Numbered from the stretch's first letter, positions 24,860 to 41,189 are shown. The stretch: DNA of 64,000 nucleotides from Eledone cirrhosa (GCA_964016885.1 OZ024740.1:208444001-208508000); one strand, 5' to 3'. A program made the numbers and translations. The notes: generated by a model not told the origin, from the sequence alone.

Positions 24860-25945
24860 GTACCAAGAAAACCGTCGTAATGTACCAACCTGCCCCTGGT
24901 AAGCAGTACAGTGAACCAAATATCTATGTGTATGGTAAACGACTTGGGGTGGTTGATCAGTTTGTCTACCTGGGAAGCACTGTCAATCGATACAGCAACT
25001 TTGATAATGAAATCCCACTCAGGATTAGGAAAGCAAGCGATGCTTTCGGAAAGCTAGAAAGGCGACTCTGGGGTCGGCGAGACATATGCAAGAAGACAAA
25101 GGTAAAGGTGTACAAGGCATGTGTGCTCTCTTCTCTTCTTTATGCCTGCGAGACCTGGGTCACATATCGACACCGCCTTAAGCAATTGGGGCGTTTCCAT
25201 CAGATGTGTCTCAGACGGATCCATGGCGTTCACTGGAGGGACCACATCAGTGATGTCGAGATTATGGAAAGCTCTATGTGTGACAGTATAGAAGCTCTTG
25301 TGCTTAAGCAACGTCTCCGTTGGATGGTCACCTTGCCAGGATGAAGGATTCTAGAATACCAAAACAACTCTTTTATGGAGAGTTAGTTAAAGGAAAACGA
25401 CCGCCACATAAACCAAAAAAGAGGTATAAGGATTCCTTGAAAGCCTCTTTGAAAGACGCTAACATCTCTGCTGATACATGGGAAAATGTTGCTGCTGATC
25501 GTAATAAATGGAGAAAGACTGTATATGAGGGAAAAAGTTGCCTTAGAGGCATCTCGAATCGCATACGAGAAAGTAAAGCGGGATGTGAGGAAGGGCATTG
25601 CTGTTGCACTTCCAGACGGTGAAGGTCCTCCTATGGTGCTGACATGCAGCGTCTGTGCGAGGCTCTGCCTAAGCAAAGCTGGACTCGAAAGTCATATTCG
25701 CAGTCATAAAGTAAGACCAGTGGTTGACTACCAGGCTGCTGTTGGAGATGCTACTCATCATGCTTGCCAAGCATGTGGTAGAGAATGTAAATCAGCAGGA
25801 GGGCTCAAACGACATGCAAAAGTACATGAACTCCAACCACAGCCGGCTATTCCCAGTGAATGTTTTGGTTGCCGACTCTGTGCAAGACATTTTAGATCAT
25901 TGGCTGGGCTAAAAAGCCACATTCGATCGCAGCGCTGTTAATTGC
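24860..25945 (+). pseudogene. RTE 3' fragment with three C-terminal C2H2-like zinc fingers
   Basis: VDQFVYLGS, TKVKVYKACVLSSLLYACETW, GHLARM..RIPKQLFYGEL; CSVC..HIRSH, CQAC..HAKVH, CRLC..HIRS. Confidence 0.85.
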
Positions 25946-26045
25946 TATCGTGTGTGTGTATAGATATGTTTATGTGTGTATATATATATATGTATATTAT
26001 TATTGTTGTTGTCGTTATTATTATTGTTGTTATTATTATTATTAT

Positions 26046-29000
26046 CGACACCACCTCCACAATCCCCGAAACGCAAACAACCTAAACAAACACAAGTACA
26101 AATAAACACACAAATACCTGAAATTGCAGACACCACAGCTACAACAAACATAGACATACCCGAAACAACACCACCAAAACCATCGCCACCACAGTCACCA
26201 AAACGAAAACAAATAAAACCACACCAACAAAATGTTAAAAACTTCGTGCTTGTCAGAAGGGCCAACGATAAACTGATGGCCCTCTTAGCGCGAAGCGAGG
26301 ACATTCAAACAGAAGGGGAGATTTTTGAAATGAGCACATTTTGCGTGCCAGAAGATTTGCTTCTGGTCCGAATGTCACTCAATTCCTTCAAAGAAATTCG
26401 AGAGAGCTTTCCTCAAGACGTGGGAACCCCGAACGTGAAACCCACATCAAGACTTTTAAAGGGGTTCCCAAAAGAAACCCCACCAACCATGGAGGTCGAA
26501 CCACCCGACCTTCACAAGACCCGGGAGGTAAATAAACCTTCCCTCTCTCTCTCTTAGCTTACCAATATGGCCATATTAAGAGTAGGAAGTTTAAATGTTC
26601 GCGGCTTGGGGTCACCCTGGAAGCAGGGTCGCCTGCTCAACGACCTCCGGTCGCTGGAAATGGATGTGATTGCCGTAAGCGAGACCAGAATTTCCGACAT
26701 GCGCGCACTAGCCCCCATTTTCGACGACTATCAGATCTTCGCATCTGTTAGCAGGCCGGGAATGGGGGGTTGGGTGGCAGTGCTGTTTAGGAAAGGACTG
26801 GATCTCGAGGTAAGGTCGATCTTCCGGGACCCGGACGGTAAGTTGGTGGTCTTGGATGTGAGCAGTGGCGAAGGTGGTGCCTTTAGTCTGCTGGCCGTCT
26901 ACGCCCCTACAGGGGCCAGACGACCTGACTTCTTTAGGCGCCTGGAGACCTTTCTGGGTACGTCTCGTACTTTACTGCTAGCGGGGGACTGGAATGGCAT
27001 CTTAGACCCACGCTGGGATTGTGTGGGAGTAGCCGATAGGAGCGGGGGGTGCAAAAGCCTCAAGCACCTACTCAGCCAGTTCCAACTGTCTGACAGGTAT
27101 CGACTAGATTTCCCCAATGTGCCAGTATGGACATGGACCAACCGAATGGGGTCATCTAGATCGTATATAGACAGGATGTTCATTAGGAAAATAGACAGAA
27201 ATAGTGTAAGCTGTCCACTTTTTAAAACGGTCGCCTATTCAGATCACAAATTTGTGATCTGTACGGTCGACCTAAATAAAACGCGTAGGTTAGGACCGGG
27301 TTACTGGAAGCTGAACATGTCATTTCCGGCACGTAAGGCTTACAGGGATCGAGTCAACAATTTAGTTAAGCAAAAGTTGACAGGGGGGATCATCAACAAC
27401 AGATGGTGGGTGGCTCTCAAAAGAGAGATTAGAGTAACTTCGATAGAGTTCAGCAAAGAACTAGCGTTAGAGAAAAATAGAAAGGAGGGGGAGCTGGTAG
27501 ATAAGTTAGACGAGGCTATTTGTAGTGGCATCGCAACTGACGTGCTAGCGGCGAGAATGGCATTAGACCATTTCTTCAATGCCAAACACAAAGGTTGCAT
27601 TGTCAGAGCTAAGGCGCGTGCGCTGAGAAACGAGGGAACTAAAGCTGTTCGATGGGCCCGCGTGGCGGAGGCGCAGCGTGGTAATAAAAGCACAATTCGG
27701 TCTTTGGCGGACCGAGAGGGACACGAGATAAGCGATTCCAAGCGGATGTGTGAGGCCTTTCGCCAGCACTTTGCTCGGTTGTTCAAGGAGAGTGGCGAGT
27801 CAGAGAGAGTAGCGGATTTCAGTCCCTACCTTGACGGCTTGCCGCGCATCTCGACGGTCGACGCTGAGCGCTGCGAAAGGCCGATTACTTCAGCCGAAAT
27901 TCATGACGCCCTTGTCGGCTGCATGAGGCGCAAGTCACCCGGTTTGGATGGCCTGCCCTACGAGCTTTACGTAAATATGCCAGACTTGTTCTCCGAACTC
28001 CTCGAAGCACTCTACTGCAACTGGCAGCAGAATGAGAGTATTCCCAGTTCTGTGAGCAGGGGAGTGGTGACGCTGATAAGGAAAGACGAGAACAAGAGGG
28101 ATACATTAGACAACTTCAGGCCCATAACTTTGCTCAACACAGAGTTTAAGATTTTGGCCAAGGTGTTAGCAAAGAGATTGGCGCTTGTCGTCGAGGATTT
28201 GGTCGGGGAGGTGCAAACTTGCGCAATCCCAGCCAGGTCCATACACGACAATCTCCACCTCATGCGATACATCATAGAGAGGGTAGGGTGTAAACCTGGC
28301 TTCGGTGGGGCACTGATCAATTTAGATCAATCGAAAGCATTCGATAGGGTCGACCATCGGTATCTGGAGTTTGTCCTCAAAGCAGCTGGCTTCGGCCCTG
28401 TCTTTAGAAGCTGGATCGTTGCAATGCACAGCGGCACACGCTCGGTGGTCAAGGTTAATGGCCACCTCTCGGAACCATTTCGGCTCTCCCGATCGATCCG
28501 TCAAGGGTGCCCTCTCTCTTCCCTTCTGTACGTATTGATTCTCGAGCCTTTACTGCGGAAGCTGGAGCTGTTGCAGGGCATCCCGCTCGAACCGGGACGT
28601 AGAAAGGCGGTGTCGGCTTATGCGGACGACATCACCGTGATGGTGTCGAACACCTCAGAAATCTAGGTGGTCGGCACCTTATTGAAGGAATATGAAAGGT
28701 TGACAGGAGCCAAACTTAACCCGGAAAAGTCGGTGGGCTTGCAGCTCGGAACCTGGAGAGGCAAGCCCATGCCGTCCAACAGCGTCGTGGGGCGCTGGAC
28801 GGACGGACCGGTAAAGTTGCTCGGGGTTTGGTTCGGACCAGACCTCCAGGTGGAAAAGAATTGGGACGAGGTAACGAGCAGAGTAGCCAGTCTCACCCAA
28901 AAATGGGCTGGGAGGAAGCTATCACTGAAAGGTCGCGCGGAGGTGGCGAATGCGTACATCGCGTCCGTCATCTACTACCGCCTGACCGTCGTGCCTTGCC

Positions 29001-30262
29001 CCCGTCCGCGCCTCGTCAAGTTGGAACGGCTCCTCTTCAAATTCTTGTGGAGGGGACAAGTTCCGTTGGTGAGGCGGTCCATCTGCTGCCAGCACCCTCT
29101 ACGCGGAGGGCTGGGCATGCCGTGGCTAATGATGCGCAGACATGCGTTGAGGCTGCGACATCTCCAGATATTCTGCCTCAACGGTGAACAGGTGTGGTCG
29201 CCGTTTATCAGACGGGCCTTTCCGCAGCTCATTTCTTTGACTGAGCTGCAGTCCTGGGTCAAGAAGAGACCGAGACTGGGTGACTGGCACCTGGAATGTT
29301 GCCAGGCACTCACTGCCCTCTACCAAGCGGGCAATGCGATCAGTGGAACTTCCACTCTCGAGTTCTATAGAGGATTAGTGGTGGGCAAATGCGATGACGC
29401 ACTCGGAGAAGCTTTGGGCCTCGACGAAGTCGAACTGACCAGTCTGTACCGGAGGACTTTTGAGCCGGAGACGATGGACAATTTCCAGAAATTCCTCGCT
29501 TGGCAGTGCTACCGGGGGGCACTGCCGGTTCGGGATAAACTCTACAGGCACGGAAGTGCTGTCAGACGGACCTGCCCAAGATGCGCACAGAACGACGAAA
29601 CCGTTCTGCACGCACTTGTCCAATGTCCGTGCATTACTGACTTGTGGAGTTATGTAGAACAGCTACTGTCGCGTGTGGAACGAATCCGGCTACCGGCCGA
29701 GTCCATAGTGAAGATCGACCCGCCACCTTCCTTAGGTCAGGAAGAGCAGGAAATTTTCCTGTCTGGTGGCAGTTGCGAAAGAGATTATATGGTGGACCAG
29801 GTTGAAAGGACTAAAGACAGACACTTTTCTCTTCGGCCAATCCCTTATCAACTTCTTCAAGTTTCACCTGGAAAGGAAGGTGATGGTGGAGAGAGAAGTG
29901 CTGCCCCCCCCCCCCAGTACATTTGCTAAAAGGTGGGTGAATGTGGCGAGAATGGCTCGTGTGAATGGGCCTACTCTGACCATGCGCCTATAGGCTAGCT
30001 AACTTGAGGAGAGAGGTGCTCTCCCTGGGTGCCCTAGAAGCGCAGGGTGGTTCAGGATTGGTGGGGTACCCGAATCGTCCACCCCCTATCGGGGAATTTA
30101 TTTTGTTATATTTATGCATAGTTTATTTTATTTTTTATATTTTCATTGTTAAATTAGTCTTGCCATTGTGTACTTTTACTCGACCTTATTGTAAACCCCC
30201 ACTGTCCCTGTCTTTGTATTGTCCCCTACATGTCGGCCCTTGTGGCTAATAAATGAAATCGT
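26046..30262 (+). mobile_element. L1-superfamily (Tx1-like) retrotransposon, 5'-truncated in ORF1
   Basis: ORF1 end 26046-26557, ORF2, AATAAA at 30248; (TTA)n on both flanks; GC-rich relative to background. Confidence 0.92.
26567..29993 (+). pseudogene. Tx1/L1 ORF2: APE endonuclease, RT, CCHC knuckle; one TAG (28664-28666) and one frameshift (~29765)
   Basis: SLNVRGL, GDWN, SYIDR, SDH; KSPGLDGLP, FRPITLLN, DQSKAFDRV, RQGCPLS, AYADD; CPRC..ETVLHALVQC. Confidence 0.93.
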
Positions 30263-30346
30263 TATTATTATTATTATTATTGTTATTATTATGTGGGGTT
30301 TTTTCTCGTGCAATTACCCATACTCGATAACGAGGTGGCAGCCATC

Positions 30347-30378
<32 letters not shown>

Positions 30379-30422
30379 GTGTGTATGTATGTATATATAT
30401 ATATATATACATACATACACAC

Positions 30423-30496
<74 letters not shown>

Positions 30497-31105
30497 GTCA
30501 GGTCACCAGTTGGTGCTACTGGTAACATGTATCCCAGTACAACCTGTCTCATGGTCGGGTCGTTGGCGACTAAACTGGCAACCCCACCAAGGTTTCTTGG
30601 TGAGGTGGGTGACTTTGGACATCCTGCAGGACTAAAAACAAAACCTGTCAAAGGGCAAAGGAGCTCTTAAGAGTCAATGGCCATCCAAAATCACCGGGAG
30701 AGATGACCCCTTAGCCTTTGTCAAGGCAGAATTCTAGGAGAAGGAAAACTCTGATATAACACCTGCAACCCTGATGGTATCCAATGATGTTGACTTGTTC
30801 TTCTTTTTGGTAAATATCATCTTGGTTAAGAGAGTGGGACTGGCTTTGTGCAGTGCCTTTGCTCACTATAAAAGCTTCACGGCACAGGCATTGCTTTGTA
30901 TCTGGAGATCTCTCTGCACTTGTCGTCACATGGTACCATGGGCCCAGCACTATGTGCCAATAATTGTCACAAGTGTAGTGTTTGTACCAGAGTTTTCAAG
31001 TCGCTGGGTGGACTAAAAAGTCACACTCGTTCAGCGCATCGGTAGGGGTTCTCCTACATGGATATAAAGTAGTGGCCGTACTCGAAAACGAGTTGGCAGC
31101 CACCA
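30497..31105 (+). mobile_element. Family X non-autonomous retroposon
   Basis: Near-identical to 22438-23048. Confidence 0.85.
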
Positions 31106-31117
31106 TATATATATATA

Positions 31118-31389
31118 TGGAATAGAATGAAACGAAATTTCATTTCTCACTCTTAGTACGGCACGTTCCTGTGTCAGTGTTGAACAAAAAGGTGACGTGG
31201 TTGCCTAAACACTGTCCGGCGTAATTCAGGCTGTTTGTTTGTTTACAAACGAACAAACCGAGCATTATAATAAATGTTCGGTAAACTGATACGTGCATAT
31301 ATGTATGTGTGCCTGTATGTATATATATACATGCTACTGTACGTCTGTATACATATATGTATGTACGTATACATACATACTTACATTTA

Positions 31390-31390
<1 letters not shown>
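31118..31390. mobile_element. Diverged fragment of the hammerhead tandem family R
   Basis: gaaacgaaatttcatt..ctcttagtacgg inverted end joined to gtcagtgttgaacaa..gagcattataataaatgttcgg. Confidence 0.65.
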
Positions 31391-31420
<30 letters not shown>

Positions 31421-31744
31421 ATGTACACACATATACATATATATATTTGTGTGTTTGTGTTTGTGTATATATATATATATATATGTGTGTGTGTTTATTT
31501 ATGTTTATTTTATATTTTTATATGGTTATATGTATGTGTTTACGTATATATTTGTGTGTATGCGGTTGTATATATGCTTTTGTATATATGGGTTTTTTTG
31601 TGTGTATGGATCTACGTATGGTTTTTTGTATGCGTGTGTTGATTTCTTACTACGTGCGTGTGCGTGTGTATGTGTATGTGTATATTTATTTTTGCACGCA
31701 TGTGTATGTGGATGTGTACGTATGTTTATTTTATATTTTTTATG

Positions 31745-34380
<2,636 letters not shown>

Positions 34381-34417
34381 TATTATATATATATATAGAG
34401 AGAGAGAGAGAGCGAGA

Positions 34418-34501
<84 letters not shown>

Positions 34502-34994
34502 CATAAGTTATGTATCTATATATATAACTTATAAATTATTTACAACAGGGGGCACATTAATCATTATTCGGAAATTCTTACTGTCCAGATAATAAAATAA
34601 ATCGTTTAGATTGAAACAGAGCTTTCAACAGACTGGTAAAGTCCGTTGCGTTAAAAGGGGTCAACGTCTTAATAAATATAAATGATGCCATGTCTCAACA
34701 TGTCCACTGCATAAATAGTTCTGTGTGTATACATACACATACATACATGCATATATATATATACATACATACAAGTACACATACGTACATGTATATATAT
34801 ATACATACATACAAGTACACATACAAACATGTATACATATATACATACATACAAGTATACATACATATATTCATACATGTATACATATATACATACATAC
34901 AAGTACACATACATATATACATACATGTATACATATATACACACATACAAGTACACATACATATATATATACATACATACATACGTACGTACGT

Positions 34995-35410
34995 ACATGG
35001 TGGCTGCCAACTCGTTTTCGAGTACGGCCACTACTTTATATCCATGTAGGAGAACCTCTACCAATGCGCTGAACGAATGTGACTTTTTAGTCCAGCCAGC
35101 GACTTGAAAACTCTGGTACAAACACTACACTTGTGACAATTATTGACACATAGTGCTGGGCCCATGGTACCATGTGACGACAAGTGCAGAGAGATCTCCA
35201 GATATAAAGCAATGCCTGTGCTGTGAAGCTTTTATAGTGAGCAAAGGCACTGCACAAAGCCAGTCCCACTCTCTTAACCAAGATGATATTTACCAAAAAG
35301 AAGAACAATTCAACATCATTGGATACCATCAGGGTTGCAGGTGTTATATCAGAGTTTTCCTTCTCCTAGAATTCTGCCTTGACAAAGGCTAAGGGGTCAT
35401 CTCTCCCGAG
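34995..35410 (-). mobile_element. Family X copy, 5'-truncated
   Basis: Reverse complement of 30695-31105. Confidence 0.85.
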
Positions 35411-36019
35411 ATGATGTATGTATGTATGTATGTACGTACGTACATACATACATACATACATACATACATACATGTATACATACATGCATACATACATGCA
35501 TAGACATACATACATACGTACATACATACATGCATACATACATACATACATACATACACATACATACATACATACATACATACATACATACATACATACA
35601 TACATACATACATACATACATACATGATTTGTTTGTTTTTAATGAAACAATCTATCTTTATTTTTACAAAGTAGAGCGTCATAAATGTTTGCCGAGTAAA
35701 ATCAAGGCCGGATGTAATCGGAGGTTGGGCAAAGGGGGCAATTCCCCGGGCCCTCTGTAGTAGGGGTCACCAACGACGGCCGTAGCAATTTATTTGTGCC
35801 CTCAGGTGGACTTTTTAGTTTTAGGGTGGTTAGAATCGTTGAATTTAATACCTGTATATATAACCTTTCAATTCCAATTACTTGAGCCAAGCTAACTTTG
35901 ATATGTAAAAATTGGCGGGCTTTGCTGTGTATTATAAGTTTTGGGGGCACGAGTGTTGTTGGTGTTGCTACCTCTGTTGTTTTACATCTGCTGCTTACAT
36001 AGCTTTCACAGGTCTTTTC

Positions 36020-36440
36020 CAGCACAGCCACCTACCACATGCTGCGGTCCTTTATCATCTCTTCTGTGAGCTTCAATGATTTGCAATCAGCTCTCACAAC
36101 CTCTACCCAACTCTTCCTTAGTGTCTCTCTAAAGCAGCTTCCTTCCAGTGGTATTTTTGGCACCTCTTCATCCATATCATCCATACGCATCACCTGTACC
36201 TACTAGATCAGTCTTCTCTCCTGCACACTATATCTGATTCCTCTTATACCCAGCTATTCTCTCAGGTCATGCTTTATCATTCACGCATATTGACATTTCA
36301 CATTCAACGGAGCATGTTCGCTTCATTTCTTTCCAGCTTCGGCATATCGTCTGCATTAACTTCAGATATATCACTACCATGCAACATCATACGTTGCACA
36401 TCATTTACAACATTACATACAGAAGACCATCCGTTCGTAG
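36020..36440 (-). pseudogene. Degenerate RTE-like 3' fragment
   Basis: Homologous to 58870-59350 (MLHGS.., EASMLR..). Confidence 0.6.
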
Positions 36441-36629
36441 ATAGATACCATTTGTTGTCAACAGAGATAGTAACTCCCAGGAAATATGGGTCCTATGAAT
36501 AAGATATGTTTTATGTAAACGTAGTAAACACTAAAGGTCCCTTAAATCCTGATAAAGTTGTTCACAGATGGTTTCTTCTAAAGAGAGAATGAGAGGAGAG
36601 ATAATTGGCCCTAATGTTGTATTTGTACT

Positions 36630-36750
36630 TTATTTAATGATCTCAAAAGTATGAAAGGCAACGTTCATCTCGGCGGGATTTAAACTCAAGGCTAAGTGAG
36701 CCGAGGTACTTTTAATCCATCCTAACGACTCTGCCAATTCGCCGCCTTTG
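36630..36750 (-). mobile_element. SINE S1 fragment
   Basis: atgaaaggcaacgttcatctcggcgggattt...ctctgccaattcgccgcc. Confidence 0.65.
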
Positions 36751-36790
36751 ATATGTGAACATATAGATACAAATAAATGCATATCAAGAT

Positions 36791-36966
36791 CAGTGCCGGA
36801 TTTAGGACAATGAGGCCTTGTGCTAGTTAAGTTATGAGGCCCCTTACTTGGGCCCTGAGGAAATAATTTTTGGGGGGTTTTTTGTGTTTTGCTAAGAAGA
36901 TTTGGTAAGAAGCCAACGGGGCCCTGTGTCAAAGCACACCTAAGCACAGTAGTAAATCCGGCACCG
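36791..36966. mobile_element. hAT-type MITE
   Basis: TIR cagtgccggattta / taaatccggcaccg; near-TSD atcaagat / atcaacat. Confidence 0.7.
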
Positions 36967-37602
36967 ATCAACATGTTTCTTATTTTGTGATCGTTGAATA
37001 TTTCATCTCTGTTCACGAATCTGTCTCGAATGTTTCATTTAAAACAAAAATCCCAAAACTTATAAAATTTTCCCTATATATTTTTAGGTACTCGAATATA
37101 TTTCAGTGATTTTATTTCTCTTTGTGTATGTTCGTCATAATTTTTAGAAGACGAAACTGGTTTTGATCAATAGACACATGTAGATTGATTTACTGATTGG
37201 TTTATTGAATGAATTATTGATTGATTAAATGATTAAATTTATGTGGAACAACTTGTCATTTCAACTGAAAGTATCTTTAAATACATTCAAATGATGTAAA
37301 AATGGCGGTGAATTCACAATAAATTTCATAATCTGTTCACAAAATATAACGCAGAAATAACAGAAAAATGGAAAAATAAATTAATACATAAAAGCGAAGA
37401 TTAGTCACAACTTTATGATATTATATATTGAATCGACAGCAATATGTAACTGGTATTGTTAAGTGATAGAAGGTAACGGCGTAACCCAACAAGATTGATC
37501 TTAAAACATAGCTAAATATTTTCACTCCATCTTTCTGCGGTGTAACAAAAGACAAAATTTAAGAAATAGAAAGAAAAGAAAAGAAGGCATAACTCGACAT
37601 AC

Positions 37603-38184
37603 CTGCTAAATAGTTGGACAAGGGTTCGAGCAGATGTTTTGTACCATTCTGGAACTTGACGGAGGGTAGTAAAGGGCCGAGAAAGTTCGGCCATTTAAAT
37701 CCAAATTCGCTTTGTAATTTGCAAATATTTTCCACTGGTCGAAAAGATTCTAGTGGTTTCAGGTTTCTGTATAAACTATCCAGACCTGGTATATTATACT
37801 CTGTATCAAAGTATCTCCGATATCCACTGACCAAATGTTCATTCTTCACAAACGGTTGAAATAAGGGAGGGGGTATGTTGTAAACGAAAGACGGTAAAGT
37901 TCTCTGTTTTGCCATTAACTGTTGGTTCTTTAAAAGCCGTTCTTGTTTTTGTTGTTGCTGTACTTCTCGTACTTTTTCTTGTTCTTCTTTGTAATTAGTC
38001 CAGTTAATCAACAGCTGATCATTAAATTTTATTACATTTGATGTGTTGTTTATCTTCTGCAGATGAACTTTTTCTCGAAGTTTCTGCAGACGTTCAATAG
38101 GTGGAGTCTTTAAAACGGCTCTTACTTTCGCTTCCAGTTCTCTTTGTAGTTCTTGCCTGATGTACTCCTGCCATCCTGTAGAAC
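37603..38184 (-). CDS. Probable internal host exon (582 nt, phase 1-1), unknown protein with a coiled-coil-like N-terminal part
   Basis: tttaccAG acceptor, CAG|GTATGT donor, fully open 194-codon frame (STGWQEYIRQELQRELEAK...LEPLSNYLA), no TE motifs. Confidence 0.65.
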
Positions 38185-38634
38185 CTGGTAAAGACCATAT
38201 AATATATTTCAGAATTGAAATAAAATAGAAACAAAGAAAATTAATGTGCGACTCATTATTCTTCTAACAGAATAACCGAGCTTGCTCGTGTGAAAACTAG
38301 AACTAATATCTGGACTATATGTAATAAGAAGTATCTATTGTTGGGAAATTAAAGCTATTGACGTCTATAGTGAAATATATAAATCCTGTGATGTTGAAGG
38401 CTGTGCACTCAGTAGCACTGATCTAGTGAGTTAGACCAAAAAAAAACTCAAACGATGGATCATGTATCGATAATCAGCATTCAGTTCTTCAACCAATTGA
38501 TTTCTTACTTACACAGTTAAATTGATGTGACTTAGTACTTACAGACATGTCTACCTTTAACGTAATTCTCGTGTCAAAACAGTGGGACAAGGCGAGACTT
38601 TTGAATCACAGGCACAATCCAGAGATGGTGAGAG

Positions 38635-38769
38635 AAGAAGAAGAAGAAGAAGAAGAAGAAGAAGAAGAAGAAGAAGAAGAAGAAGAAGAAGAAGAAGAAG
38701 AAGAAGAAGAAGAAGAAGAAGAAGAAGAAGAAGAAGAAGAAGAAGAAGAAGAAGAAGAAGAAGAAGAAG
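38635..38769. repeat. (GAA)n
   Basis: Direct reading. Confidence 0.95.
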
Positions 38770-38949
38770 GTGATGGTGGGGAGGAAGAGGAGAATCGACT
38801 CTAACATATAAATGTTACTTTATTAATCGACGAAAGTTGCCCTCGGCGAGACTTCAAGTCAAACATACAAAGTATTTTATCCGACGCTTAAATGATGATT
38901 CTGTCAATCTGCCGCCTCAGTTTCAAATATAAACTGTCTATGATATCTA

Positions 38950-39025
38950 CAGGGTGTCCCAAAACATGTATACACACTCCAACAGCATTCTGATAAAAGT
39001 GTGTATACATTTTTGGGAAACCCTG
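38950..39025. mobile_element. 76-bp Tc1/mariner-type mini-MITE
   Basis: TA|CAGGGTGTCCCAAAA...TTTTGGGAAACCCTG|TA. Confidence 0.75.
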
Positions 39026-39084
39026 TATTTTGGGGAAACTGTCATGAAACCTAACTGGAAAACAGTGCAAAAATTGATAAAAGT

Positions 39085-39360
39085 CTGTCTTGAGTCCAGA
39101 GGGTCATCAGGCCGGTGCTTATCCCGGCTTCCATGTTGTTAAGCGACTTAGAGTACAAGACTTCTCCTGGACAGGATGCCAGTCTAATGCAGGGTTAAAA
39201 CCCCAGCTACCGCTGGTACTCATTTTCAACTAAGTATACTGGAGTAACACGAAGAGTTTTTCTCAAGAACACAACACACAACCCAGTCCAGGAATCAAAC
39301 CCACGACATTATGATCGTAAGTTCAACACCCGTTACCACTAGGCCTCACGCCTTCACAGT
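39085..39360 (-). mobile_element. tRNA-derived SINE, diverged
   Basis: Minus strand: ggcctagtggtaacgggtgttgaac..gggtttgattcctggactggg..gtgttcttgag. Confidence 0.6.
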
Positions 39361-39597
39361 GATGCTGTATTTTATATAATACAGGAGAGGAAATGTTTTC
39401 AAATTGACAACTTTCTCGGGAAGGATTAACAGAACATTGAAGACAAACAACGAGTTTTAGACAAGATCAGAAATGGGACATTGCTTTCGTTACACACGAA
39501 TGAGAACTAATGAGTCTGTGTACAGTATTTCAGTTGCGTTTGGAGTCGATTATGAGTGTGTTTCTGTGTGTGAGAGAGAGAGAAAGTGTGTGCGTGT

Positions 39598-39667
<70 letters not shown>

Positions 39668-39759
39668 GTGTGCGTGTGCGTGTGCGTGTGTGTGTGTGCG
39701 TGTGTGTGTGTGTGTGTGTGCGAGTGTGCGTGTGTGTGCGTGTGCGTGTGCGCGCGCGC

Positions 39760-39818
<59 letters not shown>

Positions 39819-40397
39819 TTGTATAAGTAAGACGGTATGTATGTATGAATGAGAAGGTGTTTGTGTAATGGAGTGTGTATGCATGCACGTGTGTGCATGT
39901 AAATATGTCTGATCTCATGGGTATGCGTGTCTGCGTATGTAAGCGTTTATGTGTTTGTTTATGTATGTGTTTCGTGTATGTGTGTCTTTTCTGTATATGT
40001 ATGTTTTGTGTCTTTGAGTGTTTTGTGTATGTAAGCGTGCTTGTATGTGTATAAAAGTGTGAGTACAGTCTTGCGTGCCTTGTTGAGTGTATCTGTTTGT
40101 CTGTGCTTGTGTGTGCATGTGTGTTTTCTAAGTGATGTCCCTGACATTTTATCGTTAGAGTTAACTCCCTTGATCAAGATGCCACCTGAATTAAAGCAAG
40201 CAACATGGAGTAGGTGTCAAATATGTTTAAATAATTCATCTCTAATAGACGTTGATCGGTTCCTATGGTAACCCCAACCCACCCCAACCCACCCCAACCC
40301 ACCCCAACCCACCGCTGCTGTTGCTGGTTGGGGCGGTGCTACTCGATTTCACTTAAGTGAAATGGAGCAAGGTAAAAATGAAGTGCCAAGCTCAAAG

Positions 40398-40778
40398 AAA
40401 TAATTGTTTCTACTTTAGGCACAAGGCCAGCAATTACCCAGTGCATTACTGGTACTTTATTTTATCGACCCCGTAAGGATGAAAGGCAAAGTCAACCTCG
40501 GCGGGATTTGAACTCAGATCGTAAAGGGACGTAACTATGCTGGAAAGCATGGCGTCCGATCCTCTACCGATACTGCCAATCTACAAAGAAATAATTGTTT
40601 CTACTTTTGGCACAAGGCCAGCAATTTCCCAGTGTATTACTGGTACTTTATTTTATCGACCCCGTAAGGATGAAAGGCAAAATTAACCTCGGCGGGATTT
40701 GAACTCAGAATGGCAAGGGCCGTAACTCTATGCGTCAAAGCATGGCGTCCGACCCTCTACCGATACTGCCAATTCACT
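40398..40778 (-). mobile_element. Two tandem SINE S1 copies
   Basis: Two consecutive ~190-bp copies each starting aaagaaataattgtttctac. Confidence 0.9.
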
Positions 40779-41006
40779 AAACCTCTATCAAACTGGGGGC
40801 GACAATAGAAAATAGTTGCCAAAAGAATGACAAGAGAAATGAGATAATTACATTATTACGAAGCGGACTACTAATCTACACGAACATGGCTGCGTCCACA
40901 GAGAATGTGTGTGTGTATATGAATGTATCTATTGGTATTTATTTATTTTGTTCGAATAACACCTCGGACTCCTTCTCCTCTAAAATATTATAGTTAATCA
41001 ATACAT

Positions 41007-41040
<34 letters not shown>

Positions 41041-41042
41041 AT

Positions 41043-41189
41043 TTTTAAGCAGCGTTTGAGAGTTACTCCCCTTCTAAGATGATTTTTCTATGATACACAC
41101 ACACAGCTATATATATAGAGAGAGCTGTGTGTGTGTATCATAGAAAAATAATCTTAGAAGGGGAGTAACTCTCAAACGCTGCTTTAAAA
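41043..41189. repeat. Fold-back palindrome with microsatellite core
   Basis: ttttaagcagcgtttgagagttactcccc...ggggagtaactctcaaacgctgctttaaaa. Confidence 0.85.

Noticed and set aside
28664-28666. Programmed readthrough in Tx1 ORF2
   Set aside because: More simply a point mutation; a second lesion exists near 29765
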